Source of the DNA: Octopus sinensis
Taxonomy: Eukaryota
Direction: 5' to 3'
Length of the DNA stretch: 64,000 nt
Assembly (NCBI RefSeq): GCF_006345805.1
Contig: NC_043010.1
Location: 30,938,001 to 31,002,000 of the forward strand
This document shows, in pieces, positions 1 to 29,400 of the stretch. Below the pieces are notes generated by a model. The model ran no database searches. It saw only the letters and a list, made by a program, of their open reading frames with translations, and was not told the origin of the DNA. Numbering within the stretch: position 1 is the stretch's first letter; each line of letters begins with the position of its first letter. A program made the translations under genes and the position numbers.

Positions 1-1440
1 AAACCAATAACAATAGTGATGAGTTTTTATATTAGAGCCAAATGTGCTTGCTTTGGATGGTTTGCCTGGCAAGCTCTATGGCTACATTCCACACTTGTTC
101 ACTCCTCTCTTGACACATATCTATTGCAACAGACAACTGACAAGGAGTATTTCCGTTTGAGTTAGCCAGATATCCATAGCACTACTGAAGAAAGATATGG
201 ATAAGAGAGACATTATTGATAATGTCTGTACTCTCTTAACACAATTTTTTTGCCAACATGCTTGAGAAGAGAGTGGGTCATGCAGACAATGTGCAGTTCC
301 CAGCAGATTAGTTTTCACATCAGTGAAAACATCATAGAGAGTGTTGAATAATAAACCCGGCTTCATAGCCTTTGGTAGTGTCAACCATCTTTACTTGCCA
401 GTTACTTTTAATGACTCTGCTTTCAGAGTCTATATCACTTCAAAGTACAACAGTTTATGGTCAGGGATCAGATTAAATGGCTAGTGGGAACTGTTCTAAG
501 TTATATTTTTGGTTTCTCTGTTATGTCCTCTCATTGCTTCAGTATACTTTTGTTTATTAAATTATTGCAGGAGCAATAATAATTTAAAGTAGACATGGGA
601 AAGGGTTCAGTATGTCATGGTTAACACTGTGCAGGTATGTGCCGAGGCTGCAGTATCTACTGAAATTCCTGTTTGGTGAGGTGTTGAGGTCACTGTTTGT
701 AAGGCATGTTTCCTGTAGCTTGTCTCTTTGATGAAGCTGCAGTCCTGCATTGAATAAATTCAAAGATAAGGCACTTAACATGTAGAATGTTGTCAAGACT
801 GGCACACTCATCTCCTAGTTGAGCATTGTGGCCAGTACTATGTCAACCGTTGCATTCTATTGCAGGTGTGGGTTAGTGGTGAACAAGATTGACAGGTGTT
901 TGAGGAGGACTTGGGTATCAATAAGGATCAACTGAAGAGCCTATTCTGAAGAACTTTCTTTCTGGAGATTAATAACAACTACCAGAAATCCTTGACCTGG
1001 CATTGCCTGTTTGTGACAAATTTTCCAATTTGTGATAGCAGATATAGAAATGAGCTGGGCCTTTCCAAGATACATGCAGAGTGATGAAACCATTCTATAT
1101 GAATTCATTCAATGCCTGAGAGGTGCTGACCTGTGGATCTTTGTTGAATAGTTGAATAGCTGTTGTTGCTTGTAGGACAGGTCTGGAAAACTTCTGAAAC
1201 CATCATACTGTGCTGATTTTCTTTGGCTGGGAAGAGCCAACAGTTTTCCTTTGTCTGAAAGCTTTGGCAAAAGAGGTTTTATGGTAATCACGCCTAAAAG
1301 ATCTGAAAACAAGTGTGTTACTCTTCATCAACTTTTTCAGGTTCCAGTTAGAGAAGAAGATCAGCAGGGAGAGGGAAGTGCTGCCCTCCAGTAAATTTAT
1401 CAAAGGTTTAGTAAATTATGGCATATACTTGTTGACCAAG
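1..1440 (-). mobile_element. Degenerate Penelope-like retroelement (RT/GIY-YIG remnant)
   Basis: Minus-strand translation near 20-160 gives YSLSVVCCNRYVSRE...HRACQANHPKQAHLA, resembling a decayed GIY-YIG endonuclease end. Upstream frames are broken by stops and frameshifts. A homologous piece lies at 3985-4185. Confidence 0.45.
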
Positions 1441-1745
1441 GAATGACAGCTGGAAGAGGGGCTTATTTCTAATAGTTAGAGAAATCCAGAATTTGTGGGG
1501 TTCATTGATTGGCCCTAGCTGACTCTATTGGCATTATATAATGCCATGAACTGGGTAAACATTCTTTTTCACTTTTTACTTTTTCTTTCTTCATCTATAT
1601 TCATTTAATTTGAATATAAATAACCCCACCCATTTTTTATAACCTGTCTGTGTAATATTCCCTTACTAATGTCTTTTTGGCAAATAAAAGAAATCATCAT
1701 TATCATTGTTATTGTTGTTGTTATACTATAGCTCTTGATTGATAG

Positions 1746-1935
1746 AAACAATGGAATACCAAATTAAATCAGATACATGCATATACATAGATACATCTAC
1801 ATACATACACACATACATAGATACATATACACACATGTACATAGATACACACACTTACATACATGCATGTATGCATACATACATACATACATACACACAT
1901 ACACACACACACACACACATACAAACAAACAAACA
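1746..1935. repeat. Compound (TA)/(TACA)/(CA) microsatellite
   Basis: Direct reading of atacatac, acac and acaa runs. Confidence 0.95.
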
Positions 1936-2112
1936 CTTATACAGTTGTTAACTTATTATATACAGGCATATATAGTGTGCTAATGATGCATAACAGGACC
2001 AGTTGCAAGGTGATTGTTGAAAGAATTAACTGTAAATTGCCCTTCATAAGTGTTCACACCTCCAACCAAAGTGAAACTAACAGGGACCATTCAGGGGCAG
2101 CAAAATTAAGCT

Positions 2113-18218
<16,106 letters not shown>

Positions 18219-19189
18219 AAGACCAGATGAAAGGATACATCTGGTGGATATCTGTCAGTCATGTGACCTGTTTCAGTATGAAATGTGAAGAAGTAAAGCA
18301 AAGGGGAGGAAAAGAAGATGCGGAGGAGAGAGACTACTACTAATTTCAGTCTTTAAAGTCTGTTCTTTACTTCTTTCCAACCAAATTATACAACCATGAT
18401 GTCATACAACCTTCATATCAGCTATTTTGCCACATTTAAGTATCTATTTCTGATAATTGTATAAAAACCACCCAATGCATCTTCAAGTCTTTTTCACATT
18501 TTTATGAAGTAATTGATGGCAAAGAAAAGAATACTAAATTTACTTTTACAAGGGCAGGTTGGAGATGGGGGGGGGGGTGCTAAATGTTTGTCATTTGAAC
18601 ACTGATTTGAATGTCTTAAGTGAATTCTTTGCCCAATCTGGTAAAAGATAGCTCATCTGTTTCTTTTCCATTCATTTGCTGGATAACTCAAAATAACAAC
18701 TGAAAAAAATATATTTTGTTATTGTAAAAATTTCCTTTCATTTGTTGTTGTTGTATTCATCATTTATATTAAGAATATCTTTCAATTAGGCTTGAAAATA
18801 GAACATGAAATCAACCTTGAAACGATGAGGGTAGTAGTAATTAATGTTGATCTTAATTATATCTGATGATGTAGGTCAATCTATATTATTTGATCAATAT
18901 TTAAACCAGTGGCTATTAAACTTTTTTTTTTATAGTGCTCCCCCACCTACTCCTTAAGTAGTTGTTAAGCTTAGTGTCCACTTAAGTGGAAAGTGAGATA
19001 TTATGACCAAACTAACTTAACATGGATGATAATTTATAAATTTTACTCATAAAATGGATTGTATAAGTTTTTAACTTTGAAATGATAAAAAATAATAAAG
19101 ACAAAAGTTATAAATTTACTTTATATTGCAAGTTAATAACTTCCCTGTGCCTGATGAGATCTCATTTTATTTTTATAATCATTACTAGT

Positions 19190-19325
19190 TAAGTATTTGG
19201 TGCATAACAAAAGAGTCTTTCATAAAATTATGATAGAAAATTCTAATTTAACTATGAACCTTTTAAAATAGGTAATCTTTTGTATCACAGAACTCTCACT
19301 CAGGTTGGTATCAAAAGAGTGAAAA
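19190..19325. repeat. Dispersed repeat, unclassified (second copy about 25325-25460)
   Basis: tatttggtgcataacaaaag...cataaaattatga...ttttaaaataggtaa..ttttgtatcacagaac is present at both loci. Confidence 0.7.
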
Positions 19326-20067
19326 AATTAAGTCCAAATTATAGTCTCATATATAATATAATTACTACTATACCTATTTCTTTACTACCCACAAGGGACT
19401 AAGTAGAGAGGACAAACAAGGACAGACAGACGGATTAAGTCGATTATATCGACCCCAGTGCGTAACTGGTACTTATTTAATCGACCCCAAAAGGATGAAA
19501 GGCAAAGTCGACCTCAGCGGAATTTGAACTAAGAATGTAGCGGCAGACGAAATACCACAAAGCATTTCGCCCAGTGTGCTAACGATTCTGCCAGCTCATC
19601 GCCTTAAATAATTATAATTACTACTATAGATAAAATTTAGTATGTTATGTTACCACACTCCCTTCTAAAGCCTAATGCCTCTTCAACATACCTATTGAGA
19701 ACCTCTGATATTGGACTACTATCTCAGGCATGGGTGTGTGATTAAGAATCTTGCTTCACAACCACAGAGTTTCAGGTTCAGTCCCACTGTATAGCACTTT
19801 GAGTAAATGCTTTCTATTAAGGGAGAAACTCAAACAAAGTATTGTGAGTGGATTTGCCTGGCAAATATTGAAAGAAGCCTATTTTGTGTGTGTGTATATA
19901 TATGTGTGTGTGTGTGTGTGTATGTACATATATATATATATATATATACTATAATGGAGAAAGCTGCATATTAATTAGGTATGTAACAATTACTAAAAGT
20001 ACTAAAAGAAAGCAATTATTAAAGTGTTGACCGTCTGGAAATATTTTTATAAATTCATGTTCTAACA

Positions 20068-23000
20068 AATTTGTTTCTTTATTGCCCACGGGGGGGGGCA
20101 ACATAGAGAGGACAGCACACCTGATTGGGGTCAGACACACAAATGATAATAAAAATTTATAAACGTTTACAATAAGATCAGGTGAAATACAATACAAAAG
20201 ACAAAATTACACATGCACAATGAGATAGAAAAACAGGTTATGCTCCGACCCCACAAGCCCTGTTCTGCTACCGGTACCTTTTTGTTCAGCCTTATGCCAC
20301 ATTCACGAAGAGTCTTTCACACCCAGCATTCTCGCTACACACATCCATCTGTCTTTAAACATCATCTCTGACAGGCATCTTCTCTCTAGTCTCACTTTCC
20401 TTTTCAAGTGAAAGGTGAAGAATCCCACCAACCCAAGACCAGAGATGAAGTTGCCTGTCGCCATTCCTTTCATTCTCATCTTCCATATCGTCTCATTCGC
20501 AATTGCTACTACTACGAGAAAGCAATTCTTACCTTCTTTTGTGAGGAAATCCGGCGGGTCAGTTTTTAAAATTGATTCAGACAACAGCTGTACTCTTCTT
20601 AAATCTGACAACAGGTGTTCCACATAAGTCCACACTTCTGGACACTGAACAATAGCATGCAAGACAGTTTCCTTTTCCTGCTCACATCTTGGACAGGCCG
20701 ATGGACCAGGCTGGCCATGTCTGTTGAGCTTATCCCGAATGGGTAAGGCTCCTTGGTAACATTGCCAGGCCAGAGATTTTTGGAAGTTATCCAAAGTTCC
20801 CGGCCCGAATGTCCTTTGGAACAGACTGTCTAATTGGTTATCATTGAAACCCAGGGCATCATCATTTCCAGCCTCCACCAACCTGCTACAGAAAGATGCA
20901 GTGGTACCAAAACCGTTGGCACTACCCGAGCAACTGAACAGTAGGAGGGCCTTATGGCACTCCGTAAACCATGTACCCAACGTCGATTTTCAACGAAACC
21001 AGCTTTCTTGTCCACCAAAACTGGTGAACCTAGGAAACATCCATTTCGCAAGCAGAGACCACACCCGTTCACCATCCAGGAGAAGCCAGAGGTGCCTCAA
21101 CTTCAGCTCATGCTTGCGCATCATCAGCCAAGGCATCCCTAGTCCTCCCTTCAACAGCTTCTGACAGCAGATAGAACACCTCACAAGTAGGGTTGAGCTC
21201 TTCCACAAAAAGCAGAAGATTTGTCTCTCCAACTTGCTCAACCACGAATCAGGACAGGGAACGACAGTTAGGTGGTAAATGATGATCGATGTGATAAATA
21301 CATTGGCCACCTCTGCCCTCCCTTTCAATGATGGCCACCACCAAGACCAGGTCTTGACTATGAGGGTCACCTTGCTCGATACCTCTGTCCAGTTCTTTTC
21401 TACCTGGAGATCTGGGCCACACCAGACTCCTAGCAACTTAACCGGGCCCTGCGTCCAATATCCCACAATGCTATTTGAAGGTATTGACTTGCCCCTCCAG
21501 GTGCTGAGTTGCAAGCTGTCTGATTTTTCCTGGTTAATCTTTGCTCCTGCCACCATCTTGTAAACCTTAATGGTTTTTCCTACCGTCTGTAGGTGTTCCA
21601 TCTTGGTAATGATGATGGTTATGTCGTCCACATATGCTGACAACAAACCTCCATCAACTGGTTCCCTCAGGATGCCACTCAACTTTCACAGTGACAGCTC
21701 CAGAGCCATCACATACAAAAGCGGTGAGAGCAGACATCCTTGGCAAATGGAACATTTGATACAGAACAGCTTAGAAAGAAAGCCGTTCACCCGAATGATC
21801 GAGTCGATGTTGTCATATAACTATATGATCCACCTGAGGAAGCCATGACCCCACCCAAACTGCATGAGAACAGACACCAGGTAGTGATGGTCAACCTTAT
21901 CGAATGCTTTGGATTGGTCTATATGGACCAAAACCCCACCCTTGCCAGAATCGTTACCAAACCCTTCTAAGGTGTAACGTATAAGATGGAGATTATCCTG
22001 AATGCTTCTACTGGGGACAGCACAAGTCTGTGCCTTGCCGATCAGATCATCCGCAACACGTGCCAATCTTTTTACTAACACCTTGGCCAAAATCTTCAAC
22101 TCTATATTTAACAGAGTGATGGGCCTAAAATTATCTATTCTGTCCCCCTTGTCCGGGTCCTTTCTGACCAGAGTCACCACTCCCCGGCACACAGATCTGG
22201 GAATCATCCCATTCTGCTGCCAGCTCACGTAAACCCCAGCCAGTATGTGCCCAAACAAGTCTGGAATACTTTTATACAATTCGTATGGCAGACCATCAAG
22301 ACCCAGCACCCTACCAATGCTGCAGTCTGCTATAGCCTCTACCACCTCCTCATGTATGATCGACCCTTCACAGCACTCCGCATCTCGCCCTGAGCAACAC
22401 GGCAGCCCAGCGAGGAAGTTCATAAGGTCCAACCTACTATCCATCACTCCCCCTGAATAGCTGGGCGAAGTGCTCCTAAAAATTCTTACACATCTTCTCG
22501 GGTTCGTTTACCAACTCACTTTGTAGGTTCTCCAAAGATCAAATTGTGGAATCATTTCCCTGTTGGGCTTCCACCACTTGGGCCCATCCAGCAGCTCTGA
22601 TCCCCTCGCAACCCATTGCACGAAATCTAGCCCTGACAATACACCCCATGTGTTTGGCTTCGAGGTGTTGGTTTAATTTCATCTCTTTGCCTTCACCTGA
22701 GATGTACTGCCAGTCACCGTGGCTTCCTCTTGGGCCTTAGCTAGTTCTACCTCCCTCCTACGTTCTCTAGCCACTAAACTTATGCTATATCTAACAGACT
22801 CAAATTTAATGGCTCTTTTTAGGGTGTACCACTATTTATTGTTAATGATGCTACCTGTCAATGCCCTCTTTATTAACAACTTAATCTGGTTCCTGTACTC
22901 CTCAATCGCCAAAAGGGACTTATTGAGGTTCCAGTAGCCAGAGCCTCTACTATTTAATTTATCTTGGTTCAGCTTACAGGTGACAAACTTGTGATCACTG

Positions 23001-23700
23001 TTGCTGACCAGGTGAAATTGTGGACATCTAACTATGTTTTATCTATTTTTCTAATTAGTATTCTATCTATATACGACCTTGAAGACCCGTCACCACTTAA
23101 CCACATCCACTGTGGGGCATTCGGGAATTCCAGTCTGTATGGGTCTACAAGCTGAAAACGACTTAGTAGATCCCGGAAGCCAGGATTTGGTTTCCTATTC
23201 GAATTCGAGCCAACACTATCCATGCGTGCATCATGAATAGTGTTAAAGTCTCCTAACAAAACTAACAGATACAATGTTCCAAGAAACTTCTCTAGTTCTC
23301 GAAAATACTCAGTCTGACCAGAATTGGGGGCGTAAATTTACACTAGTCTGATTTTCTTACCACAACTGAAAGTCAAATCTAAGACAACCAGCCTACTTTC
23401 TGGGTCAGGAAGAAAATCAACATTTTCTCTGAAATCCGGTTTCTTTTTAGTAGGGCCAAAACCCTGCCCACAGGCCGGCCTGGAGAAATAAAATTTTCTT
23501 AACGATCCAGGAGCAGGAGCAGGCCACTTGGTCCTTTTAACCAGGTTTCAGTAGAAACAATAACATCTAACTTACATGACCTGACGTCATTTAGGAAACA
23601 CCCTTGCTTCCATCTCACCTTACAATAATAACTATCCGGACCAATTTTGGCCATTTTCCCATTTCACTCTCATATGCATTGATGTTTTTTCAATATTTTT
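20068..23700 (-). mobile_element. Tx1/L1-clade LINE: ORF2 (APE-RT-zinc knuckle) pseudogenised, plus 3' UTR
   Basis: LVLLGDFN and SYIDRILI (APE); FRPITLLNIELKILAKVL, DQSKAFDKVDH, SAYVDD (RT); ACPRCEQEKETVLHAIVQC (zf-RVT). 3' end gtgggcaataaagaaac. ORF2 ATG about 23654, stop 20303; several frameshifts. Confidence 0.88.
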
Positions 23701-23806
23701 CTCCTATTAAACACATTTTATGGAATGATGATGCCAAAATAATACACGCATAGTCTATTGGTGAAAGAAAAATAACAAAATAAATTGTAATCTAAATTTT
23801 TACCCC

Positions 23807-23907
23807 CATCGTTGCTTTGAAACCACGACCTGTTCACTAACAAAACTTTGTGCTGCATCACTTTTGTGAAGTTTTGTCAGTAACCAGGTCACGGTTTCAA
23901 AGTGATG
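23807..23907 (-). other. Long imperfect hairpin (candidate pri-miRNA or tiny palindromic MITE)
   Basis: 34-bp stem (23815-23848 with 23869-23902) and a 20-nt loop. On the minus strand 4 of 5 mismatches are G-U pairs. Confidence 0.45.
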
Positions 23908-25500
23908 AAAATATTTTGACACAAATGAAATTTAAATGTTGAAGTGAAAGTAACAGTTTTTGTGTGTTCTTGAATGGCTCACAAGCATCTTCTACACTGC
24001 AATTGGTTTTTTTTTTCCAGAAAACAATCTTAGATCAAATCACTTGCTATGCAAGTACATCTCCATAGTTTTTTTAAATTACTGTGGATGTATGCCAGCA
24101 ACAACCTTCTCAGACTCTCCAATATTTTAATTTCTAAACAGAAATAATTGGGGGCAGGGAGTGAGATTGCAAAAATTCATAATTTCCCAACTTCTCTTTT
24201 TTATAGCATATATATGTATTTATGGGGGGAAAATATTGAAAAATATCAATACATGCAAGAGTGATAAAGAAACGAAGTGGGTTGTCTTTAGATGGGCTAG
24301 AAACAACAACTAAATCACCCCTAAATCACTTTTCCCCTCTGAATATATTAACAATTTAAAAAATTTCTTTTTACCAAAAATGCTCTTCCCATAGTTTTGA
24401 AGTGCAAAAAATTTTCCAAAATAGGTCCAGAGTAGGATGATGAGGGAGGGGGGTGTAAACAATAAGAGATTTCAAAACATTTTTCATACAAAGATGACCC
24501 CCTCCCCACCCCAACCCCATCATTTCGAAGGTTTTAGTTTTTAAAAAATGGGGAAAATCCCTATAAATTTTCATTAAAAGATACCTATTTTCCTGAAAGT
24601 TATGAGGGGAAAAAAGTCAGATTGTGTGAATTTTCCAAAACTCCTTTCACCACCCCCTTGGAAAAATTCTTTCCCATAAATCCCAATATACTCTGAAGCC
24701 ACAAAATCTAAGCAACAAGAAGGACATCCAGCTATAGAAAATTTGCCTCAACAAATTCCAACTGACCCATGTGAGCATGGAAAAGTAAATGTTAAAATGA
24801 TGATAACAACAATGATGATGATCTCATTCTTTGTAAGTTCTAATCTAATGTAAGCATTTTGCTAGGTTTCAAACCAGGATATTTTTCAGACTCTAGCTGC
24901 CAAGTCTGTACTAGGTACCTGTATAAAGTGATTTTTTCCCCCATCTGTTGCTTAATTCTACCATAATTAGATTTAAATACTAGGTCTCGGAGTGGTTGGC
25001 GTTAGGAAGGGCATCCAGCTGTAGAAACTCTGCCAGATCAAGACTGGTGCCTGGTGCAGCCATCTGGTTTGCCAGCCCCCAGTCAAAATCGTCCAACCCA
25101 TGCTAGCATGGAAAGTGGACGTTAAACGATGATGATGGTGGTGATAATGATGATGTCTCTGCTCTTTGAAAGCTTACTTAACTCACCTAGTTTTATATTA
25201 AGTTAATTCTTTCATGAACATTTGACAAAAGACTCTCCATGTGTTTTAAGGAATTTTGAAAATAATTAAGAATTTAGAGGGATTTAGTAAAATGATTCAC
25301 ATTTTGGTATTTAACATACTCAAGATAAATATTTGGTGCATAACAAAAGATTCCTTCATAAAATTATGACAGAAGGTTCTAAATTGACTATGAACATTTT
25401 AAAATAGGTAAATTTTTGTATCACAGAACCAGACACCAGGTGGATCAAAAGAGTGAAAGAGTTTAAGTCCAGATTATAGTTTCATTTTAATAGTAGGAGT

Positions 25501-25727
25501 ATAACCTTTTAGCCATTAGATTATTCTGTCAAAAGTATACGTATTCATTCACATTGTTTTAAATTAATCATGCATTATCTCATAGCTTTGAAATTTTGAT
25601 GATGTGACTGTATGTTTTTACTATGGCATTGGAGGGTAGGTGTGATAGGCTGGATCTGGCTGGTTAAAACATAAAACAAGTAGCATATTTGGACCAGATA
25701 TAGCCAGTTTAAATGCTAAAGGGTTAA
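25501..25727. mobile_element. piggyBac-type MITE, second family
   Basis: ataaccttttagccatt ... aatgctaaagggTTAA termini. Confidence 0.65.
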
Positions 25728-26244
25728 TGGAGAAAAGTTTTGTCTATTATATAGGCAAGTCAAGCAACTATATAGAACTTCTTTCCTAGCTCATGACGAT
25801 GATATATGCATCATCAATTTTATCCTTTTTTTTTCCATAACCACATATGTAGGAGTTTGCTATCACACTACACACAACTAACTAGATATAATGGTTTCAA
25901 ATTTTGGCACAAGACCACTAAGTCAATTAAATTAACCACAGTGTTCAACTGGTACTTATTTTATCAAGGCTGAAAGGCAAAGTTGACTCCAGCAGAATTT
26001 GAACTCAGAACGTAAAGCCACACGAAATTCCACAAAGCATTCCACCCAGCATGCTAATGATTCTGTCAGCTTGCCACCTTAAACTAGCTGGATATAATGG
26101 CATCGTATATATATATATATACTATGTTTGAGCATTCAATTTTTTTTTTCACACCTAAGAACAAAACTAATTATTTAATGACACTGATGGCAAGTGCGAT
26201 CCACACCTGGTTTTTTTTCCATTTATTTAAAAAAACACAACTAG

Positions 26245-26448
26245 TACAGGCATCCCCACTTTCTCGTGCTATAGAAATGGCAACATTCCAGAAAATCTTA
26301 TCATAACATGGTATCTTGTAATGTGAAATCTATTTCCCTCATGCACTTCCTTGTAATATAACATGGAAATTAATAACATGGTATGGAATTCCTTGTTACA
26401 GCAAGATTTTCAGTAATGTAATACTTCCATAACATGGGGGATGACTAT
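26245..26448. mobile_element. Tigger/pogo-type MITE
   Basis: ta-caggcatcccca ... tgggggatgacta termini. Confidence 0.55.
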
Positions 26449-29400
26449 TTATATTCCATGACATTTTTAATGTTTCCAGCATGGTTCCTTATGTTGAAGG
26501 AAACAGACTTACCTAAAACGTTAGTTTCCACTTCTCATAGTACACACCAATGGAGAAAGCCTCTATCACCACTTTACCTTCGGTGAAATCTCCTTCAAAT
26601 TGTTCTTCATCAGTTTAAATAACCAAATTACAGAATGGACAAAAGTCAGCTTTTATACTCTATAAAGTAATTGGTGTTAGGAAAGACATCCAGCTACAGA
26701 AATCATGCTGAAATTGGACTGCACAATTGAAATGTGACCTTCTGACCTGTTTTGAAGGCAAGTACCTTCAAATATGAACTGACATGGGCCATGACAACCC
26801 TTCAGTACTATTCCAGCTTGGAAAACAAATGTTAAGTAACATTTTAAATACACACACATACACACATGCACATATATATCAGTTCAAAAATGTTTGGGAC
26901 ATATTTGACTTGTAAAAAAGCAACTTCACTGCAATCTGTCATGGAGAAAAATTCTTGCTTTAAGAAAAAGGTGTTAAAAAACATCAAAGTCAGTTCAGAG
27001 ACTCCATCCACTCTGGGTTGATTGGTAGATGCATTTTGAGCTTTTGCTCTCTGCAGTTACAGATACCAAGCAGGGCAACTCTCAACTGACTGGAAGTTTT
27101 AACTTCCTCTTAAGAGATCAGTAAATATTATTTATTGATTACATGGTACAGCTGCTGGACCAGAACAAAATACCTGGACAGCACCCAAAGCAGTAATGCA
27201 AAATAAACAAACTTTACTTAGTGGCCATGAATGACAGCTTGGTATACATAGATGATGAAGCATAACAATGCAGAATTGCATGCATCCTACAATCCAGTGA
27301 TATCATTCATAACCTAATAATGTTTCCACTCATACTGTCTCTAAGGATACTTTCTTCTCTCAAGACAATCTTCATGGTGTATTGTAATAGTTAACATTAG
27401 GAAGGGCTTCCAGTTATAAAAACTATGCCAAAATGGACATTGAAGCTTGGTGTGCTCTTCTGGCTTGCCAGCTCCTGTCAAGCCATCCAACCCATGCCAA
27501 TGATGATAATGATTGTTTATCAGTCTGGACGTACACAAACATGTTAAATAGGATTTCATATAACTCTGTACACATCATCATCGTTTAACGTCCACTTTCC
27601 ATGCTAGCATGGGTTGGATGGTTCAACTGGGGTCTGGGAAGCCAGGAGGCTGCACCAGGCCGAGTCTGATCTGGCAGTGATTCTACAGCTGGATGCCCTT
27701 CCTAACGCCAACCACTCCGTGACTGTAGTGGGTGCTTTTTACGTGCCACTGGCACAGGTGCCAGACGGGGCTGGCAATGGCTACGATCGGTTGGTGCTTT
27801 TTACGTGCCACTGGCACGGAGGCCAGTCAGGGCGGCGCTGGCAACAGCTACGTTCAGATGGTTCTTTTACATGCTACCGGCATATACGAGGTGGTATTAA
27901 AACATTCCCGGACTAGTTATGTTTAATAAAAAATAACTTATTTACCTAAGTATCAGTCTGATATTATACTAAACTAACAGTACCTGTATAAGACAATACT
28001 GATTTAGCTAATATTGTCAGTATGATACTATATTAACTAAGCTAATAATACCAATTTAATACTATATTGACATGTTAACAGTGTTGATATCATACAATGC
28101 TGGCTTAACCTTGTTTATCTAGCCAAGATTTATTGATTCTGAAGAGTCAAAACAATATCTACAGATTGTGTCTATCCACTACTTAGTTACAGATTGTGAA
28201 TTTCTAGTCAGCATCTAGAGATTATATCTATCTAGCAAACATCTATAAACTGTGTCTATTCAGTCAACATCTATAGTTTTTAAATGTTTTTGTTAAAATA
28301 TGGTCACCAAAGGATTACTACAGTGAAAACATTAAAGACATTATGTAACGTGGAAAAGATAATATTAACTCTATGGTTACTATTACTTTAAATATTTCAC
28401 CAAGTATGGGAGATAACTTTGGGCATGTTTTGGTTTTAATAGCTCTCCTCAGTGAAACACTGGCTTCATTATACTTGCTGAATTATTGGTGGAAAAATCA
28501 CTGAGTATTATGTCATTATAGCCGCCAATTTCAAACTGAATATCTAGGTAAAAAAAAAAGACTGTTCTAGTTCCAAAACACTATCATATACAAACCAGAA
28601 AATGGACCTCCACATATTTACTCAATCTGCTAGAAGTAACTGCCAATATTTTTCAAATAACATCCAACTGTTTTAAAGAAGGTCATGCGTATCGAGGAAC
28701 ACTACACCTGGAAAAAAACAATGGAATATCGTCGATCTTAAATCAACTCAAAGTTGTCTTAGGACTAATTAAGAGCCACAACAATGTACTAATTAGATAT
28801 GCCTAGCTGCAAAATAACAGCTCGTAGAAGCTTTCAACAAAAATTAGGGTAAAACTGCTAATAAACTTCAACTGAAAATTAATTTCCATTGATGAAATTT
28901 AAAAAATTCGCTATTTTTACCAAATAAAGGCTTTTTACCATGTCAAATTCCCGTTTGTCCCATCTAACCTATCAAAGACTAAATCCATCTTAAGTAAAAA
29001 GATATTTTGTTCTATGATGCTGGTTGGAACTGACAGTAAATTTTGTACGAAGCGGTATTCTTTATTTCATTGAAGTTCATTCTCCCTTCCCCACCTTCTA
29101 CTCATGTTCCTCAGCTTCTTTCTTTTATATGTTCGCTGTTTCTTCTCTCTCAATCTCATGGTTGTTCTGTTTTAAAAATACTTCGTAAATAAAGTACAGA
29201 TGAGAATGAAAATTAAATAACTTTACGAATTATCACCTTAATGGAGAAGGGAGTAAACATTATCCTAGCAAACAACATATTTCCAAAATTTCTTCAATAA
29301 ATTCTCCTGTCAAACAAAGAAAAATTCCATTGATCACTTTTCCTTGTACGTATGTGTGTGCGCGCGCTACAAAATATCAGGTGAGAAGAGGGCTAGTGCT

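Noticed and set aside
19880-20070. Tx1 target-site specificity for a microsatellite or small RNA gene
   Set aside because: The 3' end is about 120 bp from the (TG/TA)n, no snRNA/tRNA target or TSD is visible, and the element is 5'-truncated.
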